A DNA stretch of 64,000 bases from assembly GCA_965208575.1 (NCBI GenBank), contig CBDBOV010000004.1, forward strand, positions 768,001 to 832,000, in the 5' to 3' direction. Both the position numbers and the translations under genes were made by a program. Below, piece after piece: positions 58,293 to 64,000 of the stretch. Origin of the DNA: Spirochaetia bacterium. Lineage in GTDB: Bacteria; Spirochaetota; Spirochaetia; SZUA-6; Bin103. How positions within the stretch are numbered: position 1 is the first letter of the stretch; each line of letters begins with the position of its first letter. Under the pieces are notes generated by a model. That model was not told the origin of the DNA. It saw only the letters and a list, made by a program, of their open reading frames with translations, and made no database searches.

Positions 58293-58574
58293 ATGAAGAC
58301 ACAGAGTTCGATGCTGCACGTCCGTATGGACACCGAGATGAAGCGGAAGGCGACGACCGCGCTCGCGGCGATGGGTCTGACTCCCTCCGAGGCCGTACGG
58401 TTGCTCTTCCATCGCATCGCGGTCGATCAGGCCTTTCCGCTCGAACTCAAGGTGCCGAACGCGCCAACCCGCGCTGCCATGGCCGAGGTAGACGAGATGG
58501 TGAAGACGCGCACGGCGCGATTCGCGAGCGCGGACAAGATGTTCGCGGAACTTGAAGAAGCCGACGGCCGGTAA
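58293..58574 (+). CDS. dinJ: RelB/DinJ-family antitoxin
   Basis: 'HVR.D...K..A...L..MGL..S.AVR.L...IA..Q..P.EL..PN..T..A'; palindrome TGTCGCA-AA-TGCGATA upstream. Confidence 0.88.
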   Translation: MKTQSSMLHVRMDTEMKRKATTALAAMGLTPSEAVRLLFHRIAVDQAFPLELKVPNAPTRAAMAEVDEMVKTRTARFASADKMFAELEEADGR

Positions 58575-58878
58575 ACGAGCCACCCTGCCGCGCCGGGCTG
58601 ACTACGCCCGACAATTCCTCAAGGACTGGCAACGGCTCTCGCGTTCCGGCCGCTCCGACATGAATCGCCTGAAGGCGGTCATGCTCCTTCTCATCGCCAA
58701 CGAGACGCCGCTCGGTCCCGAACGGAGAGATCACGCGCTCAGAGGCTCGTGGGCGCGCTACCGGGAGTGCCATGTCGGTGGCGATTTCCTTCTGACCTAT
58801 CGCCTCGACGACACGAGCGGGCCGAGCGGGTCCATCCACTTCGCCCGCGTCGGCACCCATGCCGAACTGTTCGAATGA
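58552..58878 (+). CDS. yafQ: YafQ-family toxin
   Basis: 'F.KD', 'DH.L.G.W..YRECHV..DFLL.Y', 'R.GTH.ELF'. Confidence 0.9.
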   Translation: MKKPTAGKRATLPRRADYARQFLKDWQRLSRSGRSDMNRLKAVMLLLIANETPLGPERRDHALRGSWARYRECHVGGDFLLTYRLDDTSGPSGSIHFARVGTHAELFE

Positions 58879-59007
58879 CCACGTGGCCGGACATCGCGCC
58901 GGCGGACATCCAGAGGCTCTGGCGTACCGCGCTCGGTCAGTTGGCGGCTCCGTCGTGCGCGCGGCGCGGGTAGATGCGGCACGCCGTTTCGGCGGATTCT
59001 GTCGGCC

Positions 59008-59271
59008 ATGGAAGCGCGATTGCTCCTCGACGTGGCGGGCTGGATCGGCATGGCCGGACTGCTGTCCGCCTACTGGCTGGTATCGACGAACCGGGTGCGC
59101 GGCACCTCGCGCCTGTACCAGACGCTGAACGTGATCGGCGCCGGCGGCCTGCTGGCCAACACCTTCTACTACCGCGCCTACCCCGCCGCGGCACTGAATT
59201 CCGTGTGGCTGGCCATCGCGGTCATCGCCTACGTCCGCGCGGTCGTGCGCCGCCGCGGCGGCCTGACCTGA
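59008..59271 (+). CDS. Small membrane protein (CBU_0592-like)
   Basis: 'D..GW.G...LL.AY.L', 'YQ.LN..GA', 'LN.VW..I'. Confidence 0.7.
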   Translation: MEARLLLDVAGWIGMAGLLSAYWLVSTNRVRGTSRLYQTLNVIGAGGLLANTFYYRAYPAAALNSVWLAIAVIAYVRAVVRRRGGLT

Positions 59272-59309
59272 GCAAACGAGGATGGGGCCGGCAGCGGCGA
59301 TTCCGGGTG

Positions 59310-60320
59310 CTACCGGGTCGGCTGGGTCAGGATCTCGTCACCGAACATCGACAGCACGAGTTGCCCGTCTTCCGGCTCCACGTACGGAATGGCGATCGGG
59401 CCGCCGGGGTGCTTGGTTTCCAATATTGTGCGCGTCTCGCCCGGAGTGATCACCTCCAGCTTCAGGTCGACCAGGATGGGATAGTCCGGCAGCGTAGACT
59501 CCACGAGGCCGAACACCATCCCCTCCTCGACCTCGCCGGGCACCGTCATCTCCAGTTGCACGATGGAGCTGTAGGGTATCTCCTGGCCCGCCGGCGGCGA
59601 CTGCGAGACGATGCTGCCGGGCGGGTCGCCGTCGCGGGCCGCCCGCATTCGGAACACGAACGGCAGGTTGAGCGCGGCCAGCTCGTCGCGCACCTCCAGT
59701 GCCGGCCGTCCCACGTAGTTGCCCAGTTCGATCAGGTCTCCGCCCGGCCCCTTGCTCACCACCAGTTCCAGCATCGTCTCGCCAACCACCGGCGTATCGG
59801 CGGGCGGGTTCTGCACCAGGATGGTGCCCGCGGGCGCGGGGTCGGTGATCCGGGCCACCGGTTCGCGAATCTTGATCAGCGCCCGATAGGAGGCGAACGC
59901 GGTCTGCAGTTCCAGGCGCACCTCCTCCAGGTCGCGCCCGACGTAGTGGCCGACCCGGTCGATGATGGGACCCCGGCTGACCACCAGCAGCACGGGCCGG
60001 CCCGCCTTCACCAGCGTCCCCGCCTGCGGATCCTGTTCGATTACCTGCCACTTCGGGTGATCGGAGGAAAACCGCCCCTCCACCCGCGGCGCCAACGCCT
60101 TCTCCTGCAGCAACACCAGCGCATTGAGCAGGTCGGCGGCGATCACGTCGGGCACCAGGGTCTGCTCCTCGCCCCGCACCACGACGAAGAACGCTACCAG
60201 TCCGCTGGCCACCAGCAGCGCGCAGACGGCAACGGGGAACAGGAACCCGCCGCGACCGGAACGGCGGCGCTCCGGTGCGCTACTCACCGAGCCGGGCACC
60301 GGCGACCCCGGGATGGCCAT
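59310..60320 (-). CDS. PASTA-domain membrane protein
   Basis: N-terminal TM helix; three 'V..Q.P.AG..V....V.L.VS.G' units. Confidence 0.85.
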   Translation of the reverse strand: MAIPGSPVPGSVSSAPERRRSGRGGFLFPVAVCALLVASGLVAFFVVVRGEEQTLVPDVIAADLLNALVLLQEKALAPRVEGRFSSDHPKWQVIEQDPQAGTLVKAGRPVLLVVSRGPIIDRVGHYVGRDLEEVRLELQTAFASYRALIKIREPVARITDPAPAGTILVQNPPADTPVVGETMLELVVSKGPGGDLIELGNYVGRPALEVRDELAALNLPFVFRMRAARDGDPPGSIVSQSPPAGQEIPYSSIVQLEMTVPGEVEEGMVFGLVESTLPDYPILVDLKLEVITPGETRTILETKHPGGPIAIPYVEPEDGQLVLSMFGDEILTQPTR

Positions 60321-61239
60321 TGACGAATGCCTGCCACTGCATCGGCTTCTTGCCCTGGAGCTGCAACTCCCGCACCCACAGGCCCTGCCGCCCGGCTCGC
60401 ACCAGGATTCCGCGCCGCTTGTCCACGGCCACCACCTCGCCCGGCGCGCCCGCCGGCAGCGCCGTGCCGCTGTCGTCCAGCGCGGCCGCCAGGATGGTCA
60501 GCCCGCGGCCCGACCAGGTCGTGTACGCCCGCGGCCACGGCTGGTACGCGCGCACCGCCCGCTCGATCGCCGCCGCCGGCTGCCGCCAGTCGATCCGCCC
60601 CTGTTCCTTGGCCAGCAGTCCGCACCAGGTAGCCGCCGTCTCCTCCTGCGGACGCGGTCTCTCGCGTCCCGCCGCGATCGCGTCTACCGCCTCGCGCAGG
60701 AGTTCCGCGCCGATGCGCGCCAGCCGCGTCGTCAGCGACGCGCTGGTGTCGGTCGGCAGCAGCGCAACCGCGCGCTGCACGAGGATGTCGCCCGCGTCCA
60801 CCGCCGCCGCCAGGCGCTGCACCGTGACCCCGGTACGCTCCATGCCGGCGAGAATGGCCGCGGGAACCGGCGCGGGACCGCGCAGCTCCGGGAGCAGCGA
60901 CGGATGCACGTTGACGCCGCCACGCGGGAACAGGTCCAGGAAGTAGGGACGGAAGATCTTGCCGTACGCCACGGCCACCAGCAGGTCCGGCTGCAGCGCG
61001 GCCAGCTCGGCGCTGAACGAGCGACCGATACGGTGCGGCTGCAGCACCGGCAGCCCGCGTTCGGCGGCGCGCCGCTTCACCGGCGGCGCCTGCGGCGTGC
61101 CGCGCCGCCCGGCCGGCCGGTCGGGGGCGGTCACGACGGCACACAGCTCTTCGCGGGCGAGGACATCGAACGCCGGGACGGCGAATTCCGGCGTGCCGGC
61201 GAACACGATACGCACCGCGTCAGTCGGCGTCCCCGACAC
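60280..61239 (-). CDS. fmt: Methionyl-tRNA formyltransferase
   Basis: 'IVFAGTPEFA', 'VVT.PDRP.GR', 'NVHPSLLP..RG.AP', 'DAGDI'. Confidence 0.95.
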   Translation of the reverse strand: MSGTPTDAVRIVFAGTPEFAVPAFDVLAREELCAVVTAPDRPAGRRGTPQAPPVKRRAAERGLPVLQPHRIGRSFSAELAALQPDLLVAVAYGKIFRPYFLDLFPRGGVNVHPSLLPELRGPAPVPAAILAGMERTGVTVQRLAAAVDAGDILVQRAVALLPTDTSASLTTRLARIGAELLREAVDAIAAGRERPRPQEETAATWCGLLAKEQGRIDWRQPAAAIERAVRAYQPWPRAYTTWSGRGLTILAAALDDSGTALPAGAPGEVVAVDKRRGILVRAGRQGLWVRELQLQGKKPMQWQAFVNGHPGVAGARLGE

Positions 61240-61726
61240 TCGCCTCCGTGCCCTGCGCGTACTCCCGGCACACGCGCTCGCGTTCCTCGCCGCTGAGGTG
61301 GTCGATGAACAGGGTGCCGTTCAGATGATCGAGTTCGTGCAAGATCACGCGCGCGAGCATCCCGTCGGCCTCCAGGGAAAACAACCGTCCGCGCCGGTTG
61401 CGCGCCTGCACGCGGACGTGGACCGGCCGTTCCACGTCGGCGCGCGGACCGGGGATACTCAGGCAGCCTTCTTCGCGGCTCTCGGTCTCGATGCCGGTGC
61501 GGACGATCTCGGGGTTGATGAACACCCGCTCGCGATCTTCGGGCGCGCGGGTCACGAACAGCCGCACCATGCGGTTCACCTGGGTGGCGGCGAGACCGAT
61601 GCCTTCATGCCGCTTCATCACGGCCAGCATGTCGTCGGCGAGGCGGCGCAACTCGGGAGTCACTTTGGGCACCGGATCGGCACGCCGGCGGAGCGCGGGG
61701 TGGCCAAGCGTGACAACTTCAAGCAT
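61220..61726 (-). CDS. def: Peptide deformylase
   Basis: GIGLAATQ, EGCLS, HELDH. Confidence 0.96.
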   Translation of the reverse strand: MLEVVTLGHPALRRRADPVPKVTPELRRLADDMLAVMKRHEGIGLAATQVNRMVRLFVTRAPEDRERVFINPEIVRTGIETESREEGCLSIPGPRADVERPVHVRVQARNRRGRLFSLEADGMLARVILHELDHLNGTLFIDHLSGEERERVCREYAQGTEASVGDAD

Positions 61727-61802
61727 GGACAACTTCAAGCATGGACAAGCGATAACATGGCGAACGCGCGGCGCGATTGTCAAACGGGGGAGTCCGCAAG
61801 CG

Positions 61803-63782
61803 CTACAGCACCGAGGTCGGATCCACGTCGATCTCCAGGTGGGTGCCGGCGGGTGGCTTGAAGGTGAGCCATGCGCGCTTCAGCCACCGGTGCAGCGGGC
61901 CGATGGTGCGATGGCGCAGCAGCAGATGGAACCGGTAGCTGCCGGCAATCCGCTCGATCGGGCACTCTACCGGACCGAGCATCTCGCCTTCCGCGGCCGC
62001 GCCGCGGCCACGTTCCAGGTGCTCGGCGAAGCTGGTGGCCGCCGCGTGCGCGCGCTGCTTGCTGCGCGACCGGAACACCAGCCGGATGAGCCGGGTGAAC
62101 GGCGGGAACCCGGTCTCGCGCCGCGTCGCGATCTCGCGCCGGTAGAATTCGTCGCTGCGGCCCTCCACCGCCAGCCGGATGGCGGGCCGGTCCGCCTGGT
62201 ACGTCTGCACCAGCACGCGGCCGTCGGGCAGCGAGCGCCCGGCGCGGCCGGCGACCTGCACGATCAGATTGAACGTTCGCTCGGCCGCGCGGAAGTCGGG
62301 CAGATGCAGGCCGGTGTCGGCGTTGATGATGCCGACCAGCCGCACCGCGGGGAAGTTGAGCCCCTTGGCCACCATCTGGGTGCCGACCAGCACGTCCACG
62401 GCGCCGCTGCGAAACCGGCTGAGCACGTCGCGCAGTTCGCCGCGGTCGCGCAACGCGTCGGTGTCCAGGCGCTGCACGCGCACTCCCGGCAGCACCGCGG
62501 CCAGCTCCTGTTCGACCCGCTGGGTGCCGAATCCGCCGTAGCCGATGTCCAGCGACGCGCACTCCGGACACACGCGCAGCGGAGCGGTCCGGTAGCCGCA
62601 ATAGTGGCACAGCATCACGCCCCTCGCCTTGTGATACGTGAGGCTCACCGAGCAGCGCACGCAGCGCATCTCGAAACCGCAACTCCGGCAGTGAAAGAAG
62701 TAGGAGAACCCGCGCCGGTTCAGAAACAGGATCGACTGGCGTCCGGCCGCCGCCGCGGAGCGGATCTCGTCCACCAGCCGCTCCGACAGCGGACCCGGCC
62801 GGCCCTTCATCTCCACCACCTCGACCGACGGCATGCGCGCCCCGCCCGGCCGGCGGGTCAGGTCAAGGCGGCGCAGCACGCCGCGCCGCATGTGGTGCAG
62901 CGCCTCCAGCGACGGCGTCGCGCTGCCCATCACCAGGGTGGCGCCCTCGGCGGAACAGCGGTGCATCGCCACCTGGCGCGCATGGTAGCGCGGCGTGGCG
63001 CCCGCCTTGTAGGAGGTCTCATGCTCCTCGTCGATCACCAGCAGGCCCAGGTCGCGCAGCGGTGCGAACACCGCGCTGCGCGCGCCGATCACCACGCGCG
63101 CCGCCCCGCGCCGGATGCGGCGCCACTGCTGCAGCCGCTGCGACGGGGTGAGCGCGGAGTGGATCACCGCCACCCGGTCGCCGAACACGTCGCCGAACTG
63201 ATCCACCACCTGGTGGGTCAGGGCGATTTCCGGCACCAGGTAAATCACCCCGCGTCCGGCCGCCACCACGCGCTTCGCGGCGGCCATGAATACCGCCGTC
63301 TTGCCGGATCCGGTCACCCCGCGCAGGTAGAAGCGCGGCGGCTGCGCGCCGCCGGCGGCATGCCGGGCGTCCGGCGCCGTCAGCGCCGCCACCGCGTGCT
63401 CCTGCTCCTCGGTCAGCGCGTGGTCCCGCCACCGTTCGACGGCGCCGCCGCCGTCGTCGGGCAGGATCTCGCGCCGCCCGGAGGGAATCATGGCCGCCAG
63501 CGCCTCGCCGACCGCGCACAGGTAGGTGTCCGCCACCCACCGGGCCAGCTCCAGCAGCGCGTCGTCGAACACCGGCTGCGCGTCGACGCGGCGCGCGATG
63601 GCGCGCAACTCCACGCCGGCCGGAGGGCGGCGCGGCGTGCCCACCACGAAGCCGGTGACCCGCCGCCTGCCGAATGGAGCCACGACGCGCACGCCACTGG
63701 CGGTTTCCCCGTCGTCCAGGTCGAGATAGGTGAACGTCTGTTGCACGGGCAGGTTGAACGCAACCTGCAGGTAGCGGGGCAC
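61803..63782 (-). CDS. priA: Primosomal protein N'
   Basis: GVTGSGKT, VPEIALT, DEEHE.SYK, SATPS, LNRRG, Cys-rich zinc region, GTQMVAKGL. Confidence 0.96.
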   Translation of the reverse strand: MPRYLQVAFNLPVQQTFTYLDLDDGETASGVRVVAPFGRRRVTGFVVGTPRRPPAGVELRAIARRVDAQPVFDDALLELARWVADTYLCAVGEALAAMIPSGRREILPDDGGGAVERWRDHALTEEQEHAVAALTAPDARHAAGGAQPPRFYLRGVTGSGKTAVFMAAAKRVVAAGRGVIYLVPEIALTHQVVDQFGDVFGDRVAVIHSALTPSQRLQQWRRIRRGAARVVIGARSAVFAPLRDLGLLVIDEEHETSYKAGATPRYHARQVAMHRCSAEGATLVMGSATPSLEALHHMRRGVLRRLDLTRRPGGARMPSVEVVEMKGRPGPLSERLVDEIRSAAAAGRQSILFLNRRGFSYFFHCRSCGFEMRCVRCSVSLTYHKARGVMLCHYCGYRTAPLRVCPECASLDIGYGGFGTQRVEQELAAVLPGVRVQRLDTDALRDRGELRDVLSRFRSGAVDVLVGTQMVAKGLNFPAVRLVGIINADTGLHLPDFRAAERTFNLIVQVAGRAGRSLPDGRVLVQTYQADRPAIRLAVEGRSDEFYRREIATRRETGFPPFTRLIRLVFRSRSKQRAHAAATSFAEHLERGRGAAAEGEMLGPVECPIERIAGSYRFHLLLRHRTIGPLHRWLKRAWLTFKPPAGTHLEIDVDPTSVL

Positions 63783-63793
63783 GCGTGCTCCCG

Positions 63794-64000
63794 TCAGTCT
63801 GGTCGGCCGTCGCCGGGCGCCGCCGGCGCGCGGTCGGGCGCGTGCGCCGCGGTTCCGGCCCCGGAGACGGGTGCGCCGGGCTCGGCGAGCAGGTGCTGCA
63901 GGCGGCGCAGGTCGTCCCACACCGCGCGCCGCAGCGACTGGTTGCGCAGCACGCCGCTCGGGTGGTAGGTCGCTACCAGCGGTACGGGGTGCGCGAGCCC
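63794..64000 (-). CDS. Uracil-DNA glycosylase family 4, 3' end only
   Basis: 'PLVATYHPS..LRN..L.R.VW.DL'. Confidence 0.8.
   Translation of the reverse strand, partial: GLAHPVPLVATYHPSGVLRNQSLRRAVWDDLRRLQHLLAEPGAPVSGAGTAAHAPDRAPAAPGDGRPD

Noticed and set aside
58063-58878. Island integrated at tRNA-Gly carrying dinJ-yafQ
   Set aside because: The TA pair lies on the 5' side of the tRNA, and I found no duplicated tRNA end and no integrase.
1-64000. Prophage, integron or conjugative element
   Set aside because: No integrase, phage structural, relaxase or attC-like array features were recognised.

Overview
High-GC bacterial chromosomal window. The priA-def-fmt-PASTA-udg cluster and the solute-binding-protein signal peptides suggest a spirochaete, possibly a host-associated marine symbiont (inference only). 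Metabolic and housekeeping genes (four ABC systems, an RND pump, oxidoreductases, MlrC, an enolase-family enzyme, a LarA-like enzyme, LigD polymerase domain and PolX, tRNA-Gly) are interleaved with small accessory cassettes: hicAB, dinJ-yafQ, a HicB/PIN chimera, Uma2, AAA-DUF4143, two AAA-PD(D/E)XK paralogs, an AlbA_2/Schlafen protein and one IS1634. Best candidates for something new: (1) a ~1,550-aa Ig-repeat autotransporter-like adhesin whose start codon is held out of frame by an 8-bp tandem repeat sitting directly behind an embedded TTGACA-N19-TATAAT promoter (apparent phase-OFF state); (2) repeated LuxR / CCCCC-N6-GGGGG box / lipoprotein cassettes in various stages of decay; (3) recurrent 24-46 bp 'echo' copies of neighbouring genes at cassette borders, plus in-frame palindromic insertions in the AAA nucleases. 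All family calls come from motif recognition by eye; no searches were run.
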